DNA from: an uncultured Chloroflexia bacterium | GTDB lineage: Bacteria > Chloroflexota > Limnocylindria > Limnocylindrales > CSP1-4 | DNA length: 64,000 nt | Assembly (NCBI GenBank): GCA_963749705.1 | Contig: CAVVNQ010000002.1 | Location: forward strand, 192,001-256,000 | Direction of reading: 5' to 3' | Shown here: in pieces, positions 1 to 10,016 of the stretch | How the letters are laid out: the number at the start of each line of letters is the position of its first letter | How positions within the stretch are numbered: position 1 is the first letter of the stretch | Position numbers and translations under genes: made by a program | The notes under the pieces: generated by a model | Told to the model about the DNA's origin: nothing | Seen by the model: only the letters and a program-made list of their open reading frames with translations | The model's database searches: none

Positions 1-981
1 TCGCCGTACGTCGTGACCGAGGCGGACGAGGCCGACGCGAACGAGGACGAGGACGAGGCCGACGCCGCCGAGCCCGGCACGACCGCCGACGTCTCGGCCC
101 GCTGGGATGCGGCGATGGCCGCCGACGACGATGAGCCGCCCGCGATCGCGTTCGTCGGACGCCCCAACGTCGGCAAGTCGAGCCTGATCAACGCCCTGCT
201 GGGCGAGACCCGGACCATCGTCTCCGCGGTGCCCGGGACGACGCGCGACGCCATCGACACCACCATCCCCTGGGGTCGCAGCGAGGTCGTGCTGATCGAC
301 ACCGCCGGGATCAAGCGGCGTGGCAAGGTCGCCTCCGGGCCGGCCGCCGAGCGGTACTCGACGCTTCGGGCGCTCAAGGCCATCTCGCGGGCCGACGTCG
401 CGGTGCTCCTGCTCGACGCCGCCGACGGGCTCACCGCGCAGGACGCGCACGTCGCGGGCTATGTCGTCGAGGAGGGTCGCGGCCTGGTGATCGCGGTCAA
501 CAAGTGGGACATCGTCGAGGACAAGACCCACAAGAGCTTCGACGAGTTCGTCGCCAACCTGCGGCGCGAGCTGCCGTTCCTGGACTACGCGCCGATCGTT
601 TCGATCAGCGCCAAGACCGGCCAGCGCGTCACGCGCGTCCTGGAGCTGGCGGTCGACGTGTGGGGCGAGCGGCGCAAGCGGGTCGGGACCGGCGAGCTCA
701 ATCGCCTGATCTCCGCGGCGGTCGAGCGGACGCCGCCGGCGCTGGTCCGCGGTCGCCGGGCGAAGATCCGGTACGCGACGCAGGCGGGGGTCGCGCCGCC
801 CACGTTCGTGCTGTTCGCGACCGATGCGGCATCGATCCATTTCTCGTACCGGCGGTACCTCGAGAACCGGCTGCGCGACGCCTACGAGTTCACGGGCACC
901 CCGATCCGGCTGGTGTTCCGCGAGCAGATCCGCGAGAAGCTGCCCAAGAAGCGCCGCGTCGTCCGGAGCCGCCGCAGCTGA
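1..981 (+). CDS. der: Ribosome biogenesis GTPase Der (EngA), 5'-truncated by window edge
   Basis: Acidic linker, then second G domain (GRPNVGKSS, GTTRD, DTAG, NKWD) and KH-like C-terminus (YRRYLENRLR...GTPIRL); frame open to position 1. Confidence 0.95.
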   Translation, partial: SPYVVTEADEADANEDEDEADAAEPGTTADVSARWDAAMAADDDEPPAIAFVGRPNVGKSSLINALLGETRTIVSAVPGTTRDAIDTTIPWGRSEVVLIDTAGIKRRGKVASGPAAERYSTLRALKAISRADVAVLLLDAADGLTAQDAHVAGYVVEEGRGLVIAVNKWDIVEDKTHKSFDEFVANLRRELPFLDYAPIVSISAKTGQRVTRVLELAVDVWGERRKRVGTGELNRLISAAVERTPPALVRGRRAKIRYATQAGVAPPTFVLFATDAASIHFSYRRYLENRLRDAYEFTGTPIRLVFREQIREKLPKKRRVVRSRRS

Positions 982-2075
982 TGGGTGGGGCAGGGGAGTC
1001 CGGCGGCCCGGTCCCCGGTCCCGCGCGCGTCGCCGTCGTGGGGAGCGGCGCGTGGGGCACCACGCTGGCGGCGATCATCGCCCAGCGCGAGCCGGTGACG
1101 CTGCTGTGCCACTCCCCGGAGACGGCGGCACGGATTGTCGAGACCCGGCGGAACGAGGCGCGCGTCCCGGGCATCGACCTGCCGGACCTCGTCCAGCCCA
1201 CCGCCGATCCGTCCGCGCTGGCCGCCGCGACCGAGCTCGTGATCCTTGCCGTGCCATCGGCGCACCTGCGCGAGACGGTGACCCTGATCGCGCCGCACGT
1301 GCCGGCGAGCGCCGACCTGCTGTCCGTCGCCAAGGGGATCGAGCGTGGCACGCACCTGTCGATGACCGAGCTGATCGCGCAGGCGGGCGGCTTCGACCCG
1401 GCACGGATCGCCGCACTCTCCGGCCCCAACCTTGCCCTCGAGATCGCGCGCGGCCTGCCCGCCTCGGCCGTGATCGCGGCGCAGGACGTCGCCCTCGCGG
1501 AGCGCATCCAGGCGCGGCTCGGCCGGCGTGCGTTCCGGCTGTACGTCAACCGCGACGTCCTCGGCGTGGAGCTGTGCGGCGCGCTCAAGAACATCATCGC
1601 GATCGCGGCTGGCGCCGCCGAGGAGCTGGGCTTCGGCGACAACGGCAAGGCCGGCCTGATGACCCGTGGGCTGGCCGAGATGGCCCGGCTGGGGATCGCC
1701 GCCGGTGCAAACCCGATGACGTTCCTGGGCCTGGCGGGGATCGGCGACGTCGTCGCGACCTGTGGCTCGCCGCTGTCGCGCAACCATCGGCTGGGGGTGG
1801 AGCTCGCCCGTGGGCGGGCGTGGTCCGACATCGAGGCGAGCCTGCCGGGCGTCGCTGAGGGCGCGTACACCGTGGACGCCGCGCTCCTGCTGGCGGACAG
1901 CCTGGGCGTCGAGATGCCGATCGCGCGCGAGGTCCACAACGCGCTGTTCGAGGGCAAGAGCGTCCAGCGGTGCCTGATCGACCTGCTCGCGCGCGAGTCC
2001 AAGGACGAGCTCGCGGACTACGACCGCTGGGCGGCAAGCCTGGGCGTGGGCGCCGCTGACCGGACGGACGCCTAG
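981..2075 (+). CDS. gpsA: NAD(P)H-dependent glycerol-3-phosphate dehydrogenase
   Basis: GSGAWGT, SGPNLA, GALKN, GIGD..ATC...SRN motifs; TGATG overlap with der stop; usual der-gpsA synteny. Confidence 0.95.
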   Translation: MGGAGESGGPVPGPARVAVVGSGAWGTTLAAIIAQREPVTLLCHSPETAARIVETRRNEARVPGIDLPDLVQPTADPSALAAATELVILAVPSAHLRETVTLIAPHVPASADLLSVAKGIERGTHLSMTELIAQAGGFDPARIAALSGPNLALEIARGLPASAVIAAQDVALAERIQARLGRRAFRLYVNRDVLGVELCGALKNIIAIAAGAAEELGFGDNGKAGLMTRGLAEMARLGIAAGANPMTFLGLAGIGDVVATCGSPLSRNHRLGVELARGRAWSDIEASLPGVAEGAYTVDAALLLADSLGVEMPIAREVHNALFEGKSVQRCLIDLLARESKDELADYDRWAASLGVGAADRTDA

Positions 2076-2620
2076 CGGGACCGATCCCCGACCGACCCGC
2101 GTGCCGGCGTCCGCAGCGCGAACCGCCATCGCCGCTGCCAGCGGCCATCGACCCTGACGATGAGGTCGACGAAGCTCGCCTGCCGTGACGCGGGCAGGAG
2201 GTTCCAGGCCGGATCGTCGGCGACGTCGGCGTCCTCGGATCTCGGTCCCCAGACGACCGTCACGTGGGGATCGAACTCGAACGCACCGTCGTAGAGCGGA
2301 AACTCCGGAAAGGCCGCCGCCAGCGTCGCCTGGAGGGCCCGGAACGGGGCTTCGGGCTCGACCGCGGCGTACAGGGTGTCCGGCCAGCGTCGCCGCTCGG
2401 TCAGGCGATAGTCGAAGGCGTCGATGGGGGAGAGGATTGCCGCCAGCTTGAACCGGAGCTCCTCGTCGAGCGCATCGGGCGTCACGAACGGATACAGCAT
2501 GGTGAGGTGTGCCGGGAGCCCGCTCGCGGCCTCCTCGGTGCTCCGGCGGCGGAGGCCTTCGAGCGGTGCCGGCAGGCGCACCGGCACGACGACCGCCGTG
2601 TCCTCGCTGCCCTCGCCCAT
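2072..2620 (-). CDS. 2H phosphoesterase / 2'-5' RNA ligase family protein
   Basis: Two HxT motifs (AHLTMLYPF, PHVTV). Confidence 0.85.
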   Translation of the reverse strand: MGEGSEDTAVVVPVRLPAPLEGLRRRSTEEAASGLPAHLTMLYPFVTPDALDEELRFKLAAILSPIDAFDYRLTERRRWPDTLYAAVEPEAPFRALQATLAAAFPEFPLYDGAFEFDPHVTVVWGPRSEDADVADDPAWNLLPASRQASFVDLIVRVDGRWQRRWRFALRTPARGSVGDRSR

Positions 2621-2764
2621 CGGTGATGTCGCCTCCGTCCGCGATGTCGCCGAAGCCTACCCCGCGCTCGCCATGCTGCGAACACCGCCGGCGCCCACGA
2701 CCGATCACGCACGGACCACGCACCACCCGGATACCGGCCAGACGGGTGGTAGACTCCTCCCCCT

Positions 2765-2841
2765 CGGGGCGTGGCGCAGCCTGGTAGCGCACCTGAATGG
2801 GGTTCAGGAGGTCGAGCGTTCGAATCGCTCCGCCCCGACCA
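2765..2841 (+). tRNA. tRNA-Pro(GGG)
   Basis: Cloverleaf: CGGGGCG/CGCCCCG acceptor stem, CCTGA/TCAGG anticodon stem with GGG, GTTCGAATC T-loop, encoded CCA. Confidence 0.97.
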
Positions 2842-2921
2842 CTCTCCCACGCATGAAGAGGCCCTCGGAGGCGACTCGGGCCCTTCGATTCGGCGCGTTG
2901 CCCGAGCTGGTGCCGGCGCGA

Positions 2922-3791
2922 TCAGATCTCGTGGAGGATCTCGCCCCGCCGGGCCGCGTACTCGTCGTCGGTGACTACCCTGTCGCGATGCAGCGCCTCG
3001 AGATCGGCCAGGCGTTCGCGGACGGGTCGCGGCCCTGGGATCGTGGGGGCGTCAACAGGCGATGGTGCCACCGGTGCGGATCCCCCGACCTGATGACGCA
3101 TGGCATAGGTGACCGTCAACGAGCCACCGCTCGGTGACACCGCGAGGGCGATGAGCGCGATCGCCACGCCGATGACCAGGATGATGATCCCGGCCCCCGA
3201 GTCCAGGAACAGGATCCCGAACAGCGCCATGGCGCCGCCAAGGAGCGAGGCGACGAGTGCGCCCGTCCGATCGGCGGCAGCCCACGATTGCGCCGATGGA
3301 GCGTAGCCATGGCCGCTGAACGTTACCGCTTCTTCCTGGAACAGCCCCGTCGCCTCGGGCTGTGACCTGGCCTGGTACGTTCGAATCAGCGTCGCAGGTG
3401 GCTCGCCCGACCCCCAGGGCAGAACCAGCGCGGGCGACTGAGGGCGGGGCCGAGCCAGTGCGAGCGCTTCCTTGAGCCGATCGAGGTCACCAGGATCCTC
3501 CGGTTCGACCCATACCATCCCGCCGGTCGTGTACAGCGCGGCCTGCTTCGGATCGGTGGGCTCGCGGTAGTCGGCAACCGCGTACGGAACCCGAACCACC
3601 GTGAGGTCTGGCAGCCGAACCGCCAGGGAGTCAGGCTCCAGGGCCAGCTCCACGATCGACTTCTTCCTGATCTCGCGATCGATCGAGTCTGCGACTCGCC
3701 ACAACCCAAGCGATCGAGCCGACCGAGGATCGTCAGCGGGTCCTGCCAGCGGGTCTGCCCCTACGACCAATTCGACGTTCCCGTCGTCCAT
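2922..3791 (-). CDS. Membrane protein with C-terminal SHOCT domain
   Basis: Two TM helices, then RERLADLEALHRDRVVTDDEYAARRGEIL (SHOCT pattern); start uncertain. Confidence 0.7.
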   Translation of the reverse strand: MDDGNVELVVGADPLAGPADDPRSARSLGLWRVADSIDREIRKKSIVELALEPDSLAVRLPDLTVVRVPYAVADYREPTDPKQAALYTTGGMVWVEPEDPGDLDRLKEALALARPRPQSPALVLPWGSGEPPATLIRTYQARSQPEATGLFQEEAVTFSGHGYAPSAQSWAAADRTGALVASLLGGAMALFGILFLDSGAGIIILVIGVAIALIALAVSPSGGSLTVTYAMRHQVGGSAPVAPSPVDAPTIPGPRPVRERLADLEALHRDRVVTDDEYAARRGEILHEI

Positions 3792-4143
3792 CGCGCCCAC
3801 CACCCTTACCGGCGCAACAATGCCCGCGCCGACAATCGGAGGATCGGGCAGCAGCGGCAAGAGCCGTTCGGCACGCGCGCGGGCAGGGCGCGGAGCCCCC
3901 GCGGGCGAACGCGCCGAGCGTCGCTGGGGCAGGTCACGCACCTCGGAACTACGGGATAAGTCGCAGGTAAGCGGCGAGGGTCACCCTCAGAGATGCCCCC
4001 GGTGACGCGCCGGGCGCCCTGTTGTCCTGGGGGAAGGGGCGCGCGCAGCGGCCGGGGGCGGCCCATCGGGACGTGGCGTGCAGGATTCTGCGACGCGGCT
4101 ACGATTGGAGATCGCCGGCCGCCGGGGAGGAGGAAAGCGTCCC

Positions 4144-4629
4144 ATGCGTCCGGTTCGGGTCATCCTGGTCAGCCTCGCGACGGCGTTCGCGATCCTGGGA
4201 GCGAGCTCGGCGTCGGTCCTCGCCTATGGCAAGGCCGACCAGCCGCTGGCACAGATCGAGCTGTCGGCCAACTGCGTCAACCGCAACTCCCCGCTGTGCG
4301 CGCCGGACGCATTCGGCCTGGGCGGGATCTGGATCTGGATCGAGGTCGACGCGGGCGGCAGCGCCGACGTCGCCGGAGCGGGATGCGGCCATGTGCCCGG
4401 CGTCGGCGGCGGCGCAGAATCCATCCGCGGCGAGGTTCCCTGGGTTGAGTTCCACGGCACGATGCAAGACCTTGCGGCCGCGTTTCCCGAGGCGCTGGCG
4501 GTCGGCGAGGACCCGGGCGGGGCCTACTACGTGTTCCCGGAGTTCGGGTTCGCCTTCCCGATGACCACCGGGCACTACGCGCTGCACCTCGACAAGGGTG
4601 TGTTCCTGCAGACGCAGGTCGCGCCCTAG
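4144..4629 (+). CDS. Secreted hypothetical protein
   Basis: GGAGGAGG RBS, signal peptide MRPVRVILVSLATAFAILGASSASVLA, GC-biased third positions, downstream terminator. Confidence 0.75.
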   Translation: MRPVRVILVSLATAFAILGASSASVLAYGKADQPLAQIELSANCVNRNSPLCAPDAFGLGGIWIWIEVDAGGSADVAGAGCGHVPGVGGGAESIRGEVPWVEFHGTMQDLAAAFPEALAVGEDPGGAYYVFPEFGFAFPMTTGHYALHLDKGVFLQTQVAP

Positions 4630-4644
4630 GCATCTGCAGGCCTG

Positions 4645-4681
4645 ACACCCCGCCCGGCGATGACGCGGGGCGGGGTGTTTG
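4645..4681 (+). terminator. Intrinsic terminator
   Basis: ACACCCCGCCC...GGGCGGGGTGT stem followed by T residues. Confidence 0.65.
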
Positions 4682-4794
4682 TGCAATTGCGATCTACCCG
4701 ACAATCGCGCCGTATCCACGCTTAGACTTCTGGCGCAGCCGTCCGATGCGGCGACTGGTTTCGAGCTCTACCCGGGCAACGGTGGGGAGACGCG

Positions 4795-5697
4795 ATGACG
4801 GAACCGAACGGCGGCGGCCACGCGCCCGACCCGAGCGAGGTTGACGCGAACGACGCTGCGCCGAGCTCACCTCCGCAGGATGTCCCGGCTGCGCCTCCGC
4901 CACCCGCCGTGGGGGCGCCTGGTCCCGGAACGCCTCCGCCGGCGGCCCCCCTGCCGCCACCACCGCCGGGTTCCGCGCTGCCACCACCGCCCGGGCCGGG
5001 GTTTGCGCAGCAGGCGTCGGCCGCCGCACCGGTCGCGTGGCCGGCGCCATCCGCGTCACCAACCGGGCTCGAGGTTCCCGGGGCGGTGGGCCTGCGGTTC
5101 GGCAGCACGCTGGGACGGTTCCTCGCCTGGTGGATCGACTGGATCCTGATCGTCATTGCCGCCGGGTTGGTCCTGGGCGCGATCGGAGTGGCTGCGCCCA
5201 GCTCTCGGGCGTCGACGCCGCTCCTGACGACCGTGCTCTCCCTGGGCGCCTCGTTCCTCTATTTCGTCGGGCTGTGGACCAGCTCGGGGCGGGCGACGCT
5301 CGGGATGCGACTCATGAAGCTCCAGGTCGGCACCGCGTTCGACGGCCGGACCCTGACCATCGAGCAGGCGACGCTCCGATGGGTCGCCCTCGGCATCCCG
5401 TTCCAGGCCCTCTCCCTCGTGCCCGCCCTGTCCGGCGCCGTCGCGGCGCTGCTCTTCCTGTGGTACCTGGCGCTGCTGATCAGCACCATGACCAGCCCCA
5501 CCCGGCAGGGTCTCCACGATCGAATCGCGAGCTCGGCCATCGTCCAGCCCATCGGCGCCTCGACGCCGGCGATGGCCTGTCTCATCCTGCTCATCCTGCT
5601 GCTCGCCCTGCCGATCATCGCGATCGTGGGCCTGATCGGGCTGGGCGGACAGGTGTCCACGATCCTGTCCAACGTCGGGACCTCGGTCTACCCGTGA
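4795..5697 (+). CDS. RDD family membrane protein with Pro-rich N-terminus and Flp-pilin-like C-terminal helix
   Basis: RFLAWWID, ATLGMRLMKLQV, RQGLHDRIA RDD motifs. Confidence 0.85.
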   Translation: MTEPNGGGHAPDPSEVDANDAAPSSPPQDVPAAPPPPAVGAPGPGTPPPAAPLPPPPPGSALPPPPGPGFAQQASAAAPVAWPAPSASPTGLEVPGAVGLRFGSTLGRFLAWWIDWILIVIAAGLVLGAIGVAAPSSRASTPLLTTVLSLGASFLYFVGLWTSSGRATLGMRLMKLQVGTAFDGRTLTIEQATLRWVALGIPFQALSLVPALSGAVAALLFLWYLALLISTMTSPTRQGLHDRIASSAIVQPIGASTPAMACLILLILLLALPIIAIVGLIGLGGQVSTILSNVGTSVYP

Positions 5698-5717
5698 CCG
5701 GCCGCTAGACTGGCCGG

Positions 5718-7226
5718 GTGACCCAACCTCGCGAAGCCGGCCTCGACCCGCAGCAGGTCGACGGCCTCAACGACATGGACCCGGAGGCGTTCCGGGCCGC
5801 CGCGCATCAGGTCGTGGACCGGATCGCCGACTATCTCCGGACGGTCGAGCAGTACCCCGTCCTGCCGCCGATCGAACCCGGGTCGATCGGGCCGCAGCTT
5901 CCCACGCGCGCGCCGGAGGACGCGGAGCCGATGGACGCGATCCTGGCCGACGTCGACCGGCTGGTGATCCCCAACGCGACGCACTGGCAGCACCCGGGCT
6001 TCTTCGCCTACTTCTCGACCAGCGCCTCGGGCCCGGGGATCCTCGGCGAGTTCCTCACGGCCGCGCTGGGCCAGAACCCGATGCTGTGGCGGACCTCGCC
6101 CATCGGCACCGAGCTCGAGGCCGTCGTGGTGTCCTGGCTCCGCGATGCGCTCGGGCTGCCGGAGGCGTTCGACGGCCTGCTGACCGATACGGCGTCGACC
6201 TCGAGCCTGATCGCGATCGCCGCGGCGCGCGAGGCGGCCGGGCTCGATGCAGCGGACGAAGGGCTGGCGTCAAGGCCGGAGCTCGGCGACCTGCGCGTGT
6301 ACGCGTCGGCCGAGGCCCACAGCTCGATCGAGAAGGCGTGCATGACGCTGGGGCTCGGGCGGGCGTCGCTGGTCAGGATCCCGGTCAACGACCGCTACGA
6401 GATGGACCCGGCGGCGCTGGCGACGGCGATCGACGCGGATCGTGCCGCCGGGCGCCGCCCGGTGGCGATCGTGGCCACGATCGGGACGACGTCCTCGACC
6501 TCGGCGGACCCGGTGGCCGCGATCGCGGACATCGCCGGGCGCGAGGGCATCTGGCTTCACGTCGACAGCGCCTATGCGGGCGTCGTTGCGCTCCTGCCCG
6601 ACCGCCGCGGCCCGTTCGCCGGTTGGGAGCGTGCCGACTCAATCGTGATCAACCCCCACAAGTGGCTGTTCACGCCGCTCGACGCCTCGCTGCTCCTGTC
6701 CCGGCGGATGGACCAGCTGCGCGCGGCGTTCAGCCTCCAGCCCGAGTACCTGCGCACGCTCGACCGGGTCAGCCCGGTCCTCGACTACACGGAGTACCAG
6801 CCACAGCTCGGGCGCCGGATGCGCGCGCTCAAGCTGTGGATCCAGCTCCGCTGGTTCGGCCTCGAGGGGCTCCGCCGGCGGATCGCCGCCCACCTGGAGC
6901 TCGCGGCCGGCTTCGCTCGATGGGTCGACGCGGACCCGGACTGGGAGCGGCTCGCCCCGGTCCCATTCTCGACCGTGTGCTTCCGGTACCGGCCGGCCGC
7001 GCTCGCCGGACACGAGGATGAGCCGGAGGTGCGCAACCGCCTCGACGACCTCAACCTGCGCCTGATGGACGCCGTCAATCGCACCGGCGAGGTGTTCCTG
7101 TCCCATACCCGGCTGCGCGACCGGTTCACCATCCGGCTCGCGGTCGGCAACCTCCGCACGCAGCCCCGCCACGTCGAGCGCGCGTGGGAGCTGCTGCGAA
7201 CCGAAGCCGCCCGGCTGACGCCCTGA
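5718..7226 (+). CDS. Group II PLP-dependent decarboxylase (aromatic L-amino acid decarboxylase-like)
   Basis: THWQHPGFFAYF, AHSSIEKA, HVDSAYAG, NPHKW (PLP lysine), LGRRMRALKLW. Confidence 0.93.
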   Translation: MTQPREAGLDPQQVDGLNDMDPEAFRAAAHQVVDRIADYLRTVEQYPVLPPIEPGSIGPQLPTRAPEDAEPMDAILADVDRLVIPNATHWQHPGFFAYFSTSASGPGILGEFLTAALGQNPMLWRTSPIGTELEAVVVSWLRDALGLPEAFDGLLTDTASTSSLIAIAAAREAAGLDAADEGLASRPELGDLRVYASAEAHSSIEKACMTLGLGRASLVRIPVNDRYEMDPAALATAIDADRAAGRRPVAIVATIGTTSSTSADPVAAIADIAGREGIWLHVDSAYAGVVALLPDRRGPFAGWERADSIVINPHKWLFTPLDASLLLSRRMDQLRAAFSLQPEYLRTLDRVSPVLDYTEYQPQLGRRMRALKLWIQLRWFGLEGLRRRIAAHLELAAGFARWVDADPDWERLAPVPFSTVCFRYRPAALAGHEDEPEVRNRLDDLNLRLMDAVNRTGEVFLSHTRLRDRFTIRLAVGNLRTQPRHVERAWELLRTEAARLTP

Positions 7227-7261
7227 GCGCGGCCGTCCAAACCACCTGGAGGACGACAACC

Positions 7262-7621
7262 ATGGCAGATCCGATCGAGGTCCTGTACTTCTATCGCACC
7301 AAGTGGGGCGCGCACGACGAGTTCGTCGACCTGCTCCGCAGGAACCACTGGCCCATCCTCCGCGAGCAGCTCGAAGCCGGGCGGTTCACCGCGGTCGAGC
7401 TGTGGACGCCGCGGTTCCACGGGGACGGCCGCGCCGACTGGGACGTGCTGGTGTCGATCACCTACCGCGACTGGGCGGCGATGCAGGAGCACGGCGATGC
7501 CGAGATCGCACGCCGCCTGTACCCCGACCAGGCGCAGTTCAAGGCGGACGAGGCGCGCCGGTTCTCGCTGCTCGACGCGCACTGGGACGTCGTGCTCGAG
7601 ACACGGCCACTCGAGCGGTAG
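7262..7621 (+). CDS. Hypothetical protein, possible NIPSNAP-like alpha/beta barrel
   Basis: GGAGG RBS, good codon bias; fold assignment tentative. Confidence 0.7.
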   Translation: MADPIEVLYFYRTKWGAHDEFVDLLRRNHWPILREQLEAGRFTAVELWTPRFHGDGRADWDVLVSITYRDWAAMQEHGDAEIARRLYPDQAQFKADEARRFSLLDAHWDVVLETRPLER

Positions 7622-7724
7622 GCGGCGGCTCGCTCCACCATATCGGCGCATCGGCCGCATCAGCCCGCCGGACCCGCGATAATGCGGCTCTACCCCGACC
7701 GACCAGCGGAGGCCACCCGATCCC

Positions 7725-8114
7725 GTGCCGCCCATCACCGAGCTGACGCGCATCGAGCCTGTCCACCTGTCGCGCCTCGAGAAGCAGGGCGTGTTCACCA
7801 CCGGCATCCTGCTCGAGGTCTCGGAGACGCCGACGCGCCGCCAGACGCTCGCCGACCACGTCAAAGCCACGACCAACGACGTCCTGCGCTGGCGTGACGA
7901 GGCCCTGATGCTCAACCTGGCCGGGTTCTCGAGTGCCGAGCACCAGCTGTTCGTCCAGTCCGGGATCGAGGGCCTGCGCGACGTCCTCGCGCTGGACATC
8001 GACACCTTCAAGTCGCGCCTGGCGCGGGGTGCGCAGGAGCTCAACGCGGAGCCCCCGGCGGAGCTGATGATCGAGACCTGGTGGGAGCAGGCGCGGACGC
8101 TCGAGGAGGCGTGA
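7725..8114 (+). CDS. DUF4332-like protein
   Basis: GGAGG RBS; repeated helix-hairpin pattern (LEKQGVFTTGILLE, QSGIEGLRDV, W.EQARTL). Confidence 0.7.
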   Translation: MPPITELTRIEPVHLSRLEKQGVFTTGILLEVSETPTRRQTLADHVKATTNDVLRWRDEALMLNLAGFSSAEHQLFVQSGIEGLRDVLALDIDTFKSRLARGAQELNAEPPAELMIETWWEQARTLEEA

Positions 8115-8175
8115 GCCCCGGACCGGGTCAGCGATATCGGGGTGGCGCGCACGCACCCGGTACCATCGGCGCCTG

Positions 8176-8880
8176 ATGGACGCCCTGCGCGGCACGCTTG
8201 CAGCCCTGGTCATCGCGGTCGCGACGACCCTCGTCGTGATCGCCGTCGCCATCCTCCCGTTCCTCACCCCGGCGTGGGTGGGGTTCGAGCAGGGCCGCGC
8301 CGGGGCCGAGGCGCTGACCGGATACCCGCCGGCGGAGCTGCACTCGGCCACCGACGCGATCCTGTCCGACCTCGTCCTCGGTCCGCCGCGGTTCGACGTC
8401 GAGGTGGCGGGCACGCCGGTCCTGACCGATCGGGAGCGCGGCCACATGCGTGACGTGCGCAGCGTGTTCATGGCCTTCTACCTGGCCGCCGCGATCGCCG
8501 CGCTCGTGCTGGTCGCGGCGTTCGTCCTCCTGCGTGGGCGCTCGCGGGCGGTGCTGTGGCATCGGATCAGCCGGGCCGGCGTCGCGATCGCCGTCGTGAC
8601 CGTCGTCGGCGGCATTGCCGCCCTCGCAGCATTCGACGCGGCGTTCCAGCTGTTCCACGAGCTGTTCTTCCCGCAGGGCAACTTCCTGTTCGACCCGCGT
8701 ACGGACCGGCTCGTCCAGCTGTTCCCGGATGCGTTCTGGGTCGACACGACCGCGGCGGTCGGGGTCGTGATCGTCGTGATCGCCCTGGCACTGGCCTGGA
8801 TCGGCCGCCGGCGGGCGCAGGCGATCGACGCCCTGGAGTACGGCACCCCCGCGACGCTGAACACGGTTCCCATCCGATGA
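8176..8880 (+). CDS. TIGR01906/DUF1461 membrane protein (Lit-like)
   Basis: ERGHMRDVR and FQLFHELFFPQGNFLFDPRTDRLVQLFP motifs; 4 TM helices. Confidence 0.85.
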   Translation: MDALRGTLAALVIAVATTLVVIAVAILPFLTPAWVGFEQGRAGAEALTGYPPAELHSATDAILSDLVLGPPRFDVEVAGTPVLTDRERGHMRDVRSVFMAFYLAAAIAALVLVAAFVLLRGRSRAVLWHRISRAGVAIAVVTVVGGIAALAAFDAAFQLFHELFFPQGNFLFDPRTDRLVQLFPDAFWVDTTAAVGVVIVVIALALAWIGRRRAQAIDALEYGTPATLNTVPIR

Positions 8881-10016
8881 CACCCGACGGGATCCCGATC
8901 GGGCGGCTGTTCGGGATCGAGATCCGAATCTCGCTGCTGTGGTCAGTGCTGATCGCGATCATCACCCTGCTCGGGGCGGAGCAGGCGACCGTTGCCGCAC
9001 CCGGCCTGCCGTTCGCGCTCCAGTGGGTGGTCGGTGGCACGATCGCCGCGGCCTTCCTGGCATCGGTGGCGGCCCACGAGCTCGCCCACGCGCTGGTCGC
9101 GCGCCGTCGGGGCGTTCGGGTCACGGTCGTCGTGCTGGGGCTCATGGGCGGGATCGCGCCGCTCGGGATCCAGGCCAGGCGACCATCCGACGAGCTCGCG
9201 ATCGCGCTGGCCGGGCCCGCCGTGTCCTTCCTGCTGGGGGCCATCCTCGTCCCGGTGGGCGCCGTCGTCGCCACCGCCGATCCCGCCTGGGGTGCCGTCG
9301 CCGGCGCGCTCCTGATCACCGGCGCGCTCAACTTCGTGCTGGGCGTCATGAGCGTCCTCCCCGGGCTGCCGCTGGACGGCGGGCGGGCGATCCGGGCCAT
9401 CGCGTGGGCCCGGACGGGGGACACGGACCGGGCGACCGCGCTGACCGCGCGCATCGGCCGGATGCTCGGCCTGGCGACGATCGGGATCGGGGCGGCCGTG
9501 GTGCTCATGGACCAGACCATCGAGGGCCTGGTGGTGCTGTCGTTCGGCTGGTTCCTGTCCACCGGGGCGCGAACGCTGGATCGCCGGCTCGCGATGGAGC
9601 GGCTGCTCCGCGGCGTTCCCGTGCGCGACGCGATGGAGCGCGACGTGTCGTGGGTGGGACCGCACCTGACCATCGACACGTTCGCCAGCCGGTACGAGGG
9701 CGAGGACGGCGTCCGGGCGCTGGCCGTGGTGGACGATGAGCACGTCGTGGGGGTCCTCGGGGTCCAGCGCCTCAAGCGACTCGGTCGCCGCCGGTTTGCC
9801 GAGACCCGGGTCGCGGACGTCATGGCCACGCCGCCGCAGGCGCCGGTGCTGGGACCCGATGACGACGTCTGGGATGCGCTCGATGCGATCAACCAGGCGG
9901 GGATCGACGGGCTCGCCGTGGCCGAGGACGGCCGGCTCGCCGGGATGCTGACGCGACGCAGCCTGGCAACGGCCGTCCATGACCGTCTCGCGGCGCGTGC
10001 GGGGACCACCGGGTGA
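8877..10016 (+). CDS. Site-2 protease (M50) with C-terminal CBS pair
   Basis: HELAH, ALAGP, PGLPLDGG; CBS domains; ATGA overlap. Confidence 0.9.
   Translation: MTPDGIPIGRLFGIEIRISLLWSVLIAIITLLGAEQATVAAPGLPFALQWVVGGTIAAAFLASVAAHELAHALVARRRGVRVTVVVLGLMGGIAPLGIQARRPSDELAIALAGPAVSFLLGAILVPVGAVVATADPAWGAVAGALLITGALNFVLGVMSVLPGLPLDGGRAIRAIAWARTGDTDRATALTARIGRMLGLATIGIGAAVVLMDQTIEGLVVLSFGWFLSTGARTLDRRLAMERLLRGVPVRDAMERDVSWVGPHLTIDTFASRYEGEDGVRALAVVDDEHVVGVLGVQRLKRLGRRRFAETRVADVMATPPQAPVLGPDDDVWDALDAINQAGIDGLAVAEDGRLAGMLTRRSLATAVHDRLAARAGTTG

Noticed and set aside
504-980. Long N-terminal extension of gpsA in the ORF track
   Set aside because: Overlaps der; the real start is the coupled ATG at 981.
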